Shown one piece after another: positions 15,393-24,418 of a stretch of DNA of 40,807 nt. The translations under genes were made by a program, and so were the position numbers. Numbering within the stretch: the stretch's first letter is position 1; every line of letters starts with the position of its first letter. Origin of the DNA: Candidatus Woesearchaeota archaeon (GTDB lineage: Archaea > Nanobdellota > Nanobdellia > Woesearchaeales > UBA525); assembly GCA_018221245.1 (NCBI GenBank), contig JAAOYH010000033.1, positions 1 through 40,807 of the forward strand. Direction: 5' to 3'. The notes under the pieces were generated by a model. It was given only the letters and a program-made list of their open reading frames with translations, did no database searches and had not been told where the DNA came from.

Positions 15393-16030
15393 TGGGGGCG
15401 CAAGAATATCTCGACGATATTTTCTCTCGACATTGGTCTCGAAACGTCAAAAGACTCGTTTACAATCTTCACGGTTATGCTGCTCGAGAATACCTAGAAA
15501 GCCAATATCCTAAAGAAAAACCCCCTCATATCAATCAACTCTTAAGAGAAGATTTAACGAAGTGTAACACATTTATTCTCTGGACTAATGAAGATCTACG
15601 TTTCCGACGGAAAATGAATGTGTTCGTGAATGACAGTCTGCTATCTCTTCCAGAACAGGAAATCCTCAGCTGTATTGTCGATCATGAATACCAACACGCG
15701 CGTGATTTCAGAAGAGGACTTAGAACTGCTCAGTACATGAACTGGCAGGATCTCGAGTTCATCTCGGAAGAAGATTTCTGCTCGCTATCAGAGATGAATG
15801 CTGACGCACGACAAATCTGGACGGCACCAATAAGAGGAATTCTAAACACTGACACATACAAAAAAGCACATGTGAGGTTTCTCGAGACACATGAGATGCT
15901 CCAACAACGCTTAAGAGATGGGCAAAGGTTTGGTATAGAAGCTTATGTCGACTTCTATGCACCTTGGGCCGAAAAGCTCAAAAACCCAGAGCATACGCCT
16001 GACCCTAGATGGCTAAAACGGCTCTTATAA
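15392..16030 (+). CDS. Hypothetical protein with an HExxH zinc-peptidase-like motif
   Basis: The start MGAQEYL overlaps the upstream stop (TGATG). It carries the motif IVDHEYQHARD. Confidence 0.5.
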   Translation: MGAQEYLDDIFSRHWSRNVKRLVYNLHGYAAREYLESQYPKEKPPHINQLLREDLTKCNTFILWTNEDLRFRRKMNVFVNDSLLSLPEQEILSCIVDHEYQHARDFRRGLRTAQYMNWQDLEFISEEDFCSLSEMNADARQIWTAPIRGILNTDTYKKAHVRFLETHEMLQQRLRDGQRFGIEAYVDFYAPWAEKLKNPEHTPDPRWLKRLL

Positions 16031-16770
16031 CAGGCGCTAGCAGCGGCATTGGCAGATCAACAGCTCTTCTATTGGCAAGCGAAGGATACGACCTGGTTCT
16101 CGTCGGAAGGAACATGCGACGCCTGCGCGAAACTGAAAGAGAAGTTTCCAAGTTCGCTGTCGAATGCCTCGTGCGCCAGTGCGACGTGACTCGCGCTGTT
16201 GAAGTCCACAATACAGTGAACCATGCCTTGAAGAAGTTTTCTCGCCTAGATGTCCTGGTGAACAACGCAGGTTACGGAGTATATGGAGCTGCAGAGAGCA
16301 TGTCGCTCAAGAATATCAATGGCCAGATGCTCACGAACTATTTCGGTACAGTGCTCTTCATGAAAGAGTGCTTGGACGCTCTGAAAGAGACTGGTGGAAG
16401 CATCGTGAACGTTGCTTCAATAGCAGGTCTTACAGGATTTCCAAGGATGGCCGGATACGTAGCTTCGAAGCACGCAGTTGTCGGGTTTTCAGAGAGCCTC
16501 CACTACGAGCTGCTTGAAGAAGGAGTATCTGTGAGCTGTGTCTGTCCTGGAAAGGTTAAGACTGCTTTCTTCGATAATGAGAGTTTCAAGGATGTCCCCT
16601 GGGCAAAGACTGATTCTGGATTAGAACCCAAAAAAGTTGCTGATACCATCCTAAAAGCCATCAAAGAGAGGAAATTCCTCTACCCTATCCCCAAGAGAAC
16701 TGCGAGAAAGCTACTGTTCAAAGAAATCCTTCCTAAGCACTTTCTGAATAGACTTATGAAAAAGATGTGA
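16009..16770 (+). CDS. Short-chain dehydrogenase/reductase (classical SDR)
   Basis: TGASSGIGRS, NNAG, and catalytic S...YVASKHAV (YxxxK). Confidence 0.9.
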   Translation: MAKTALITGASSGIGRSTALLLASEGYDLVLVGRNMRRLRETEREVSKFAVECLVRQCDVTRAVEVHNTVNHALKKFSRLDVLVNNAGYGVYGAAESMSLKNINGQMLTNYFGTVLFMKECLDALKETGGSIVNVASIAGLTGFPRMAGYVASKHAVVGFSESLHYELLEEGVSVSCVCPGKVKTAFFDNESFKDVPWAKTDSGLEPKKVADTILKAIKERKFLYPIPKRTARKLLFKEILPKHFLNRLMKKM

Positions 16771-17115
16771 TTATAGCTCCTCTTCGGGGAGCATCTCTTC
16801 GAAGTTCTTCTCCATTATCTGTATGTCTCTCTGCTCCGCCCTAAGGGATACGAACATCATTATGAGACCAAAGACTGTCAGTCCGAAAAGTATGAAGACA
16901 GTCCACACGTACCAGATAGGATACTCTAGATTCAGTCTTACAATATTATCCACGAGTTCTGAGAGCAATGCGGATAATACTCCGAAAGAGACTGCAAATA
17001 CAAAAGTATAGTATAGTTCCTGCACCCTAGATATGTTCGATTTTTTGCTTCTGACGTGGCGGAGCCGTTGGATGAGCATCCTGCGTTCGAAAGGTTGCAT
17101 TCTTCTAGGCTGCAT
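16771..17115 (-). CDS. Hypothetical two-TM membrane protein
   Basis: It has two hydrophobic helices, and its stop codon directly abuts the SDR stop. The start codon is uncertain. Confidence 0.4.
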   Translation of the reverse strand: MQPRRMQPFERRMLIQRLRHVRSKKSNISRVQELYYTFVFAVSFGVLSALLSELVDNIVRLNLEYPIWYVWTVFILFGLTVFGLIMMFVSLRAEQRDIQIMEKNFEEMLPEEEL

Positions 17116-17145
17116 GGTCTAAAATCATCGTCGGGACTTAAAAAG

Positions 17146-17871
17146 CTACTGGTCGGCAGTTTCCCATAACTGGTTGAAGAGTTGAGTGAATGCCTTATTT
17201 AGAGATTTATTCTTTAGAAGTATAGCCACAGGCTCCCCCTCGTATAGATTGAAGCACACTTTGTCCTTGTAAACTAGGAAATTGAATGGAACGTTATGTT
17301 TTGGATCAAGATATCTGGTCTTCTCGAATGGCTTGTCATTTTTCTTTGGTGTTTCGTACAACAATGTTCTCTGCTTTATCTTCTTCCTGATGCGTTCCTG
17401 TTGGAAGAACTTTTTGTAGTGAGGTAAAACTTTTGAGAAATTTCCTATTCCGCCGAATATCAGTATCTCTTTGGCGTTCGAGAGTGCGTCATTGCTTACT
17501 GTTCTGATTCCTTTCCCGCCATAATAGACTTGGGCCACATCCTCTTTTTTTGCACATCTTTGCATCTCTCTTAGTTCTGGCATGGACTCTTTGAGAGCCT
17601 CTCGCGCTTTCTTGATTTGGTCCTCTTTTTCGCACAGGAGATGTGTCAGGTTCTCAGGATCTGTTGCAGAGTAATACTTCTTTTTTCCTTTCAATACGTA
17701 TGTCGCTACACCTTTCTCTACCAATCGTCCTACTAGGTGATATACAACACTGCTCTGGAAGCCAGTCTTTTTTATTAGTGGTCCTGTCGTCGAGCTTCCG
17801 AGCGCTAGCATCGCAAGATATAACTGTGCCTCGTTCTTCGTAAGACCGCATTCTTCGAAAAGTCCTCTCAT
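17146..17871 (-). CDS. TrmB-family transcriptional regulator
   Basis: The N-terminal wHTH is GLTKNEAQLYLAMLALGSSTTGPLIKKTGFQSSVVYHLVGRLVEKGV. Confidence 0.75.
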   Translation of the reverse strand: MRGLFEECGLTKNEAQLYLAMLALGSSTTGPLIKKTGFQSSVVYHLVGRLVEKGVATYVLKGKKKYYSATDPENLTHLLCEKEDQIKKAREALKESMPELREMQRCAKKEDVAQVYYGGKGIRTVSNDALSNAKEILIFGGIGNFSKVLPHYKKFFQQERIRKKIKQRTLLYETPKKNDKPFEKTRYLDPKHNVPFNFLVYKDKVCFNLYEGEPVAILLKNKSLNKAFTQLFNQLWETADQ

Positions 17872-17938
17872 ACTCTCCAGTTACTGGTGAGCGACTATTT
17901 AAACATATCTCCACCAACCACTGGAGTAGGTGATTAAC

Positions 17939-18538
17939 ATGAAAATCGGACTTGACTTTGACGGCGTCCTCGCAAATGCTGTCGAGATGAAAGTGCAGGC
18001 GACCTACGATCTTTTCGGAATCTATATTCCTCCAGCAAAGATGAAAAAAAAATTCATACTTGGAGAGAAATTACTCACAAACAAACAATACGAAGATATG
18101 CGTTGTCATATGTATGGCAGTCCCGAGTACCATTCTACTATGAGACCCGTAGATGGAATGGCTGAGTACATCAATAAATTATGGATAGGAAATACATTCA
18201 GAATTATCACATCAAGGAACGCTGAATGGGGTCACCTTGCCCAAGAATGGTTATGGAATCAAGGCGTAAAAGATATCCCCCTATACACAGTGAATAGAGC
18301 ACCAAAGACTGAACGTGCCGAAGGGCTCGATGTATTCATTGATGATGATATCAAGAAACTAAAGGAGCTTAAAGATACTGTAAAGCACAGATTCCATTTT
18401 ATATGGCCTCACAACGAGCACGAAATAAACAAAAAAGTCGCTGAGCCCGTAAAATCGTGGGAAGAGATTTATGGAAAAATATTAGAAATCAAAAAAGACA
18501 AAGAATTCAAAGATAGACAAGCAGGGAGATGGAGATAA
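17939..18538 (+). CDS. HAD-superfamily hydrolase, 5'(3')-deoxyribonucleotidase-like
   Basis: Motif I is GLDFDGVL and motif IV is VFIDDD. The SD aggtga lies 6 nt upstream of the ATG at 17939. Confidence 0.65.
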   Translation: MKIGLDFDGVLANAVEMKVQATYDLFGIYIPPAKMKKKFILGEKLLTNKQYEDMRCHMYGSPEYHSTMRPVDGMAEYINKLWIGNTFRIITSRNAEWGHLAQEWLWNQGVKDIPLYTVNRAPKTERAEGLDVFIDDDIKKLKELKDTVKHRFHFIWPHNEHEINKKVAEPVKSWEEIYGKILEIKKDKEFKDRQAGRWR

Positions 18539-18540
18539 TT

Positions 18541-19254
18541 CTAAGCATATCCTTTTTTTTCTATCTCTTCTGCCAACTCCTTCCCTCCGGAACGCACTAT
18601 CTTTCCCTCCTTGAACACATGGACCTTGTCCGGAATGACATACTCGAGTATCCTGTTGTAGTGTGTAATCAATAATACTCCTTGATCTTTCATCTTGTTA
18701 ATTCCGTCCGCCACTATTTTCAAAGCATCCACGTCAAGGCCCGAGTCTGTCTCATCTAGAATTGCTATCTTAGGATTAAGCATTAGCATCTGGAGTATCT
18801 CCATTCGTTTCTTCTCTCCACCAGAGAACCCTTGGTTGAGGTATCTGGTTGCAAATGAGTCATCAATCTTGAACTCGTCTAATTTTTCTCTCAATAGCTT
18901 ATGGAACTCTACGACATCGTAATCATTATCTGAAATTTCGTTGACAGCTGTTCGTAAAAAACTTTCTACCGTAACACCAGGTATCTCTACAGGATACTGG
19001 AAACTCAAGAACAGACCTTTCTTTGCTCGCTTGTCAGGCTCCATCTCTGTTATGTCTTCTCCGTCGAGAAAAATCTGTCCAGATGTAACTTCATACTTCG
19101 GATGCCCCATCAAAACGTTAGCCAGGGTTGATTTTCCTGAGCCGTTCGGGCCCATTATCGCATGCAACTCTCCTGATTCTATCACCAAATTGACTCCTTT
19201 GAGAATCTCTTTCCCATCTACGTTAGCATGCAAATCCTTAATCTCTAGTTTCAT
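18541..19254 (-). CDS. sufC: Fe-S cluster assembly ATPase SufC
   Basis: GPNGSGKST, the ABC signature FSGGEKKR and Walker B ILDETDSGLD. Its ATG overlaps the sufS::sufU stop (ATGA). Confidence 0.95.
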   Translation of the reverse strand: MKLEIKDLHANVDGKEILKGVNLVIESGELHAIMGPNGSGKSTLANVLMGHPKYEVTSGQIFLDGEDITEMEPDKRAKKGLFLSFQYPVEIPGVTVESFLRTAVNEISDNDYDVVEFHKLLREKLDEFKIDDSFATRYLNQGFSGGEKKRMEILQMLMLNPKIAILDETDSGLDVDALKIVADGINKMKDQGVLLITHYNRILEYVIPDKVHVFKEGKIVRSGGKELAEEIEKKGYA

Positions 19255-20843
19255 CTTAAGGCCTCCTGTACTGTCCTCAGTCCTAGAAGCGCGCACTTCA
19301 TCCTGACTGGGCCGATAGGTATTCCGAGCAGGGATGTAACATATTCTCTGCCCTTTTCACCTGACAGAGTTAGTATCTCATCAGTCTTCTTTCCCTGCAG
19401 CTTCTTGGTGAGCATACTCATCGCTGCCTGGCTTATCGCGCAGCCCTTTCCTTGGAACGCTATGTCCTTGATCTTTCCTTCGTCGACGATAACTGATACT
19501 TCTAACTCATCTCCACAGAACGGATTTCTCTCCATCTTTGTCGCTGTTGGTTCTGGGATAATTCGTTTATTCCTTGGCTTTCGCGCGTGCTCCCTTATGT
19601 TTTCAGCGTGGAGTATTTGTTCTTCTGAAAGGTTTCCCTCTCCCACCTGATCAGGATTGAAAACACCACCAGTCTTTACGTAAATCTCCAGAGCTTCTAT
19701 TAGTCTATCCAAATCTTCTTTCTCTGTATAGATTCCTATGCTTGCTCTCGTACTGGCATCTAGACCTAGCTCCTGGCAGTGCAACGGTTCTGCACAGTGG
19801 TGTCCCGCTCTGATGGCTATGTCCTGCTTGTCTAGGAACTCTGCTATGTCGTGAGGGTGTGCGTCCATTGTGAACGTGAAGATTCCTGTTCTTTCTTTTG
19901 GACCTAGAAGTGTCACTCCTTCCAGTTTTTCGAATTGACCAAGAAGGCGCTTGATCAGTTTATTTTCGTGTTCCTGCATCTTTTCATATCCTATTTCTAG
20001 AATGAACTCAGCTGCACTTCCGAGTCCTATAGCTCCTGCAATGTTTGGAGTTCCTGGCTCAAATTTATGTGGTGGTTTCGTGAACGTGGTCTGTTTTATC
20101 GTTACTTTCTCTACCTGTTCTCCTCCCCATGATGGCGGTTCCATCCTATCTAGCAAGTCCTTGTTGCCGTACAGGACGCCGATACCTGTAGGCCCGTACA
20201 TCTTGTGCCCGCTGAACGCGTACAGATCAGCTCCTAATTCTTTAACATCTACTGGAAGATGTGCTATTGCCTGCGCTCCATCCACTAATACTATAGCTCC
20301 ATGCTGATGCGCAATGCCTGCCAGCTCTTTCACGGGATTGATTGTTCCTAATACATTAGATACGTGCGTGAACGCTACAATTCTTGTATCGTTGTCTATC
20401 AGCTCTCTGGCTTTCTCCATGTCGAGCATCTGCTTGTTCTCTGTGAGTGGGATTGTTCGTAATTCCAAACCCTGTTTGTGCGCAAGCTGCTGCCAAGGTA
20501 TTAGGTTTGCGTGGTGCTCCATTGTTGTTATCACGATGTTACCTGAGTCGAATGTCGGGATTAATGATCTTGCTGCGAGGTTTATCGATGCAGTCGTTCC
20601 CGACGTGAAAATTATCTCTTCTGGCGATGCGTTGATTAGTTTTGCCACAGATTCTCTTGCGTTCTCATAACGTTCCGTGGCCTGCTCTCCAAGCCTGTGG
20701 ATAGCCCGATGCACGTTAGAGTAACCGTCTTCGTAGAACTCCAGGATTGCGTCTAATACTTTGTCGGGTTTCTGGCTGCTAGCTGCAGTGTCTAGGTAGG
20801 CCAGGTCAGGATTAGCTTTGAAGATGGGGAACAGTTCTTTCAT
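19251..20843 (-). CDS. sufS: Cysteine desulfurase SufS fused to a SufU/IscU-like domain
   Basis: The SufS part has FSGHKMYGPTGIGVLYG (PLP Lys) and RAGHHCAEPL (catalytic Cys). The C-terminal roughly 120 aa have NPFCGDE, GKGCAISQA and RMKCALL (U-type scaffold cysteines). The start MKELFPIF overlaps the sufD stop. Confidence 0.9.
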   Translation of the reverse strand: MKELFPIFKANPDLAYLDTAASSQKPDKVLDAILEFYEDGYSNVHRAIHRLGEQATERYENARESVAKLINASPEEIIFTSGTTASINLAARSLIPTFDSGNIVITTMEHHANLIPWQQLAHKQGLELRTIPLTENKQMLDMEKARELIDNDTRIVAFTHVSNVLGTINPVKELAGIAHQHGAIVLVDGAQAIAHLPVDVKELGADLYAFSGHKMYGPTGIGVLYGNKDLLDRMEPPSWGGEQVEKVTIKQTTFTKPPHKFEPGTPNIAGAIGLGSAAEFILEIGYEKMQEHENKLIKRLLGQFEKLEGVTLLGPKERTGIFTFTMDAHPHDIAEFLDKQDIAIRAGHHCAEPLHCQELGLDASTRASIGIYTEKEDLDRLIEALEIYVKTGGVFNPDQVGEGNLSEEQILHAENIREHARKPRNKRIIPEPTATKMERNPFCGDELEVSVIVDEGKIKDIAFQGKGCAISQAAMSMLTKKLQGKKTDEILTLSGEKGREYVTSLLGIPIGPVRMKCALLGLRTVQEALR

Positions 20844-21562
20844 GCGAACCTCTTGAGCAGCTCTTCTTTGACTTCCTGTGAGTGCTCTCCCATCTTGTCC
20901 AATACTTCGTCGAAGAATCCGTTGATTACCAGTTTCACTGCCACATCCTGAGGTATGCCTCTGCTTTTGAGGTAGAATAGCTTCTCTTCGTCCAATTGTC
21001 CTATCGAGACGCCGTGACTGCATCTTACGTCTTCGTTTTGTATCTCTAGATTTGGCTCTGCGTCCATCCTTGCTTCTTCTGATAGTAATAGTGTGTCTTC
21101 TTTCTGGTATGCATCGCAGTTTTTTGCGTTTGGAGCTATCCTTATTGTGCCAGAGTATTCTCCGTGGCTCTCGCAGAGCATAACTGCTCTAGTTAGCATG
21201 TTGCTTGTGGTGTGACTGGCCTTATGATCCATCTCGCTCGTCACCTTGAACTTGTCCGTGCCCGTTCCGAACAGAACACTGTGGAATTCCGCATCGGCTC
21301 CTTCGCCTTCTAAAGAACTGTGGGTGTGGCTCTCTCCAGTCCCGTGTGCTGCGTCCACCCAGAGAATTGTTGCGTCTTTTCCTAATAACGCTTTTCTAGT
21401 TGCATTTCCCGTCGTGAGACTGAAGTACTTGACTTTTGCATTAGGTTTTAGAGTTAGATTTATTGAGTACTTTCCTTCTCCTCTTTCCATTATCAGGAGC
21501 TCTTCGTTTTCCTTCACTTCTAGAGTTAGGTTTTCGCCGTTTTTTGGTTCGAGAAGTTTCAT
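20840..21562 (-). CDS. sufD: SufD-like Fe-S assembly protein (short form)
   Basis: 240 aa. C-terminal SufB/D signature EPNLEIQNEDVRCSHGVSIGQLDEEKLFYLKSRGI. Confidence 0.85.
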   Translation of the reverse strand: MKLLEPKNGENLTLEVKENEELLIMERGEGKYSINLTLKPNAKVKYFSLTTGNATRKALLGKDATILWVDAAHGTGESHTHSSLEGEGADAEFHSVLFGTGTDKFKVTSEMDHKASHTTSNMLTRAVMLCESHGEYSGTIRIAPNAKNCDAYQKEDTLLLSEEARMDAEPNLEIQNEDVRCSHGVSIGQLDEEKLFYLKSRGIPQDVAVKLVINGFFDEVLDKMGEHSQEVKEELLKRFA

Positions 21563-22974
21563 CCTATACTCCCCTCCATCTCTAGCTCTATGAGTTTGTT
21601 CAGTTCTACCGCATATTCTAAGGGTAGCTCTTTCACAATCGGTTCAATGAATCCTGAGACTATCAGTTGCTTTGCCCGCTCCTCGGATAATCCGCGAGAC
21701 ATCAGGTAGAATATCTCTTCCGTGCCTATCTTTCCGACAGTTGCCTCGTGTGCAACATCGACCTTGTTATTCAACACTTTCATCGTCGGATATGTGTTAC
21801 TGGTGCTGTTCTCTCCTACTAATAGAGCGTCGCATTCTACCGATACTTTGCTGTTAATTGCGCGAGGCATGACTTTCACCAGTCCTCTGTAAGTTGAAAT
21901 GCCTCCATCTTTGCTGATTGATTTTGCTGTGATTGTACTAGACGTGTCTGGTGCTGCGTGTATGACCTTGCTGCCAGTATCTTGGTTTTGATTCTTATCT
22001 GCAAAAGCTATTCCTAGTGAATCTGAACGTGCTCCTCTTCCTACTAATACAGAGCAAGGATAGAGCATAGTTACTCCACTACCCAAATTTCCGTTTATGA
22101 ATTCTATCAATCCGTTCTCCTGAACAATAGCTCTCTTGGTGTTCAGGTTGTATGTGTTCTTGCTCCAGTTCTCGACGGATGAGTATCTGACCCTTGCATT
22201 TTTCATCACATGTATTTCCACACACCCCGCGTGCAATGCAGAAGTTCCATATTGAGGGGCACTGCACCCTTCAACATAAGAAATTTCGCTGCCTTCGTCC
22301 GCTATGATTAGTGTATGCTCGAACTGCCCGCCTAATTCCACGTTCATTCTGAAGTATGCTTGGAGAGGTATCTTCACTTTGACATTCTTAGGTATGTAGA
22401 TGAACGTCCCTCCAGACCAAACGGCAGCGTGGAGCATGACAAACTTGTGATCGTTAATGGGAACGCATGATGTCATGAAGTATTTCTTTACTAAATCAGG
22501 ATACTTCTTCACTGCTGTGTCCATGTTGGTGAATACAACTCCTTGGTCTTCCCATTCCTTTTTCAGGTTGTGATAGACTACTTCACTATCATACTGTGCG
22601 CCAACACCTGACAATGACCTCTTCTCTGCTTCAGGGATACCTATGCGCTCGTATGTCTCTCTAATCTCATCAGGTAGATCTTCCCATTTGGTAGTCTCTT
22701 TTGCGTTGGGCTGGACGAAGAACTTTATCTTGTCCATGTCTTTGATTAAATTAGAAAGATCAGGTCCCCACTCAGGGAACCCTGTCTCTTGGTAGAGCTT
22801 CAGTCCTTTCAGACGTTTCTCTAGCATCCACTCAGGCTCTTCTTTGGATTTGCTGATATATCTGACAACATCTTCAGTGACCCCTGGAGGCGCCTCGTAG
22901 GCAGGCTTGTGCTTATCGGCGTGGTCGTACCTCTCACGGTCTATCTTGAACTCCTGCATGAGGGGAAGGCTCAT
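21559..22974 (-). CDS. sufB: Fe-S cluster assembly protein SufB
   Basis: 471 aa. Signature EATVGKIGTEEIFYLMSRGLSEERAKQLIVSGF, plus full-length SufB-like layout. Confidence 0.95.
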   Translation of the reverse strand: MSLPLMQEFKIDRERYDHADKHKPAYEAPPGVTEDVVRYISKSKEEPEWMLEKRLKGLKLYQETGFPEWGPDLSNLIKDMDKIKFFVQPNAKETTKWEDLPDEIRETYERIGIPEAEKRSLSGVGAQYDSEVVYHNLKKEWEDQGVVFTNMDTAVKKYPDLVKKYFMTSCVPINDHKFVMLHAAVWSGGTFIYIPKNVKVKIPLQAYFRMNVELGGQFEHTLIIADEGSEISYVEGCSAPQYGTSALHAGCVEIHVMKNARVRYSSVENWSKNTYNLNTKRAIVQENGLIEFINGNLGSGVTMLYPCSVLVGRGARSDSLGIAFADKNQNQDTGSKVIHAAPDTSSTITAKSISKDGGISTYRGLVKVMPRAINSKVSVECDALLVGENSTSNTYPTMKVLNNKVDVAHEATVGKIGTEEIFYLMSRGLSEERAKQLIVSGFIEPIVKELPLEYAVELNKLIELEMEGSIG

Positions 22975-23327
22975 TTAAAGCAGACATCACACCCTTTGGG
23001 GATGCCATCCTCTAGCTGTTCGTGAATTTTGCAGATGAGCCTCTTGTCCTTGACTTTCGCTATGATCTTCTGAGTCTCCTTGATCATGCTCTGCGTGTCT
23101 GTTATCCTCTTCGCAGCCTCTGTTAGAGCCTCTTTGACCTCATCAGGCAGTTTGACATGCTTTCCACGCTTCTTGGAGAAATACTGGCTCACGGCAGCCT
23201 CTGTGACGCCCAAGAGCTTGGATATCTCTTTTCCTGACTTTCCCTGTGCCCTCATGGCTACCGCCAGTTCCTTCCTTATCGTCGGAAGGATGTAGAATAC
23301 TTCCACTTCCTGGGGTTGTAATAGCAT
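22971..23327 (-). CDS. Small HTH regulator with a C-terminal Cys triad, first gene of the suf operon
   Basis: The HTH is sigma-70 region-4-like (GKSGKEISKLLGVTEAAVSQYFSKKRG). The C-terminus is LICKIHEQLEDGIPKGCDVCFK. Its stop overlaps the sufB start. Confidence 0.6.
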   Translation of the reverse strand: MLLQPQEVEVFYILPTIRKELAVAMRAQGKSGKEISKLLGVTEAAVSQYFSKKRGKHVKLPDEVKEALTEAAKRITDTQSMIKETQKIIAKVKDKRLICKIHEQLEDGIPKGCDVCFK

Positions 23328-23382
23328 CGTCTTAACTATGGTTAATCCCAGGTCGTTTAAAAAAGTTACTTAGAAGATAAAG

Positions 23383-23403
23383 AAAAAATAGAAAAAAAAG
23401 AAA
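23383..23403 (-). terminator. Oligo-T tracts ending the five-gene envelope cluster
   Basis: The minus strand reads tttcttttttttctattttttc, immediately after the stop at 23405-23407. Confidence 0.5.
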
Positions 23404-23404
23404 T

Positions 23405-24376
23405 TTACTCGCTTGGTACGCTCTGTACAATCAGCGGCTGCTCAATGAACTGTCCGTACCTATATGTGGTCTGGACGGTCATCACGTCAGTATACACCCT
23501 AGTCGAGGTGCTACTACCCGTAATGGTACAGGTGACTGTCTGAGGGCTTCCTGCATACAGAGTTATTACTCCACGGTTGGAGTTGCCTAGCCTTCCACAC
23601 TGAACAATTGCGCTTGGGTCTTCCATCTTGACGTCGACCTCAATCTTGTACTTGTTCGTGTTTCTGAAGCTTGGGTCACAGTCCTCTCCTGGCTCGCGGC
23701 CGAAAAACTCTCCTGGGCCTACGTGCTGGAGCTGGAAGTTTGCCTGTATCTTGCCCGAGTTGAGCGGGTTCTGGTTCACAGATGTGATGTGGATAGGTCC
23801 TCCAGAGTTGTGGACGAACTCTCTTGCGCCCGTAAGGGTACAGATTGTGCTGTCCTGGACATTCTCAATGATATCTGCCTTGAAGCACAGTTGAGTAGTT
23901 GCCCAGTTCTGGTAGTCGTAACAAGTCGTTCCTCTCAGGGTGAAGATGTCGCTACCACGGAGCTTGCCCTGGTAGTTCAGCCCATCAAAGATGAAGCTAG
24001 TGACGAGACCGCCGATGATAGTCCCGTCAAAGTTCTTCTGGGAACCCAAGAGGGACTCTTGGAGTGTCGCGTGCATCGCCGAATCTGAAGTGCCGAATGT
24101 AGACGGGTTGATACCCTCTATCTTGGCAGTCATATACGGGTTGTCTGTTCCAGGTCCAACATCTGCTTCTCCAACGTTTTCAGCTACGATGTTAAGCCCG
24201 AATGGGAAATTTCCACCGTCGTAGACTGCTGGAGGCGGCATGCCTTCCTGCAAGTACAGGTTAAGCGCGATGTTTCCGCCAATGAACGGACTCACGCGCG
24301 GGTCCCTAGATTGGGGAGCACAGCTCGCCAATAGAAGGAGTGCGATGATCATGGGAATGATGTAGTTCGGCTTCAT
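23405..24376 (-). CDS. Envelope-cluster protein E: lipobox-type secreted protein, paralog-family member
   Basis: MKPNYIIPMIIALLLLAS|C (LASC lipobox). Family motifs: IVAENVGEADV, TTCYDYQNWATTQLC, SGGPIHITSV and TTYRYGQFIEQPLIVQSV. The ATG at 24376 sits behind the SD gggtga; the ORF opens with GTG at 24385. Confidence 0.7.
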   Translation of the reverse strand: MKPNYIIPMIIALLLLASCAPQSRDPRVSPFIGGNIALNLYLQEGMPPPAVYDGGNFPFGLNIVAENVGEADVGPGTDNPYMTAKIEGINPSTFGTSDSAMHATLQESLLGSQKNFDGTIIGGLVTSFIFDGLNYQGKLRGSDIFTLRGTTCYDYQNWATTQLCFKADIIENVQDSTICTLTGAREFVHNSGGPIHITSVNQNPLNSGKIQANFQLQHVGPGEFFGREPGEDCDPSFRNTNKYKIEVDVKMEDPSAIVQCGRLGNSNRGVITLYAGSPQTVTCTITGSSTSTRVYTDVMTVQTTYRYGQFIEQPLIVQSVPSE

Positions 24377-24418
24377 GTCTTTCACCCTTGTGTTTCCTCA
24401 TAAAAAGCTTTTCGGTTT

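Noticed and set aside
20844-21023. 60-codon R/Q/G-rich N-terminal extension of the sufS ORF
   Set aside because: It overlaps the 3' end of sufD in another frame. The conserved SufS sequence starts at MKELFPIF, whose ATG forms an ATGA overlap with the sufD stop.
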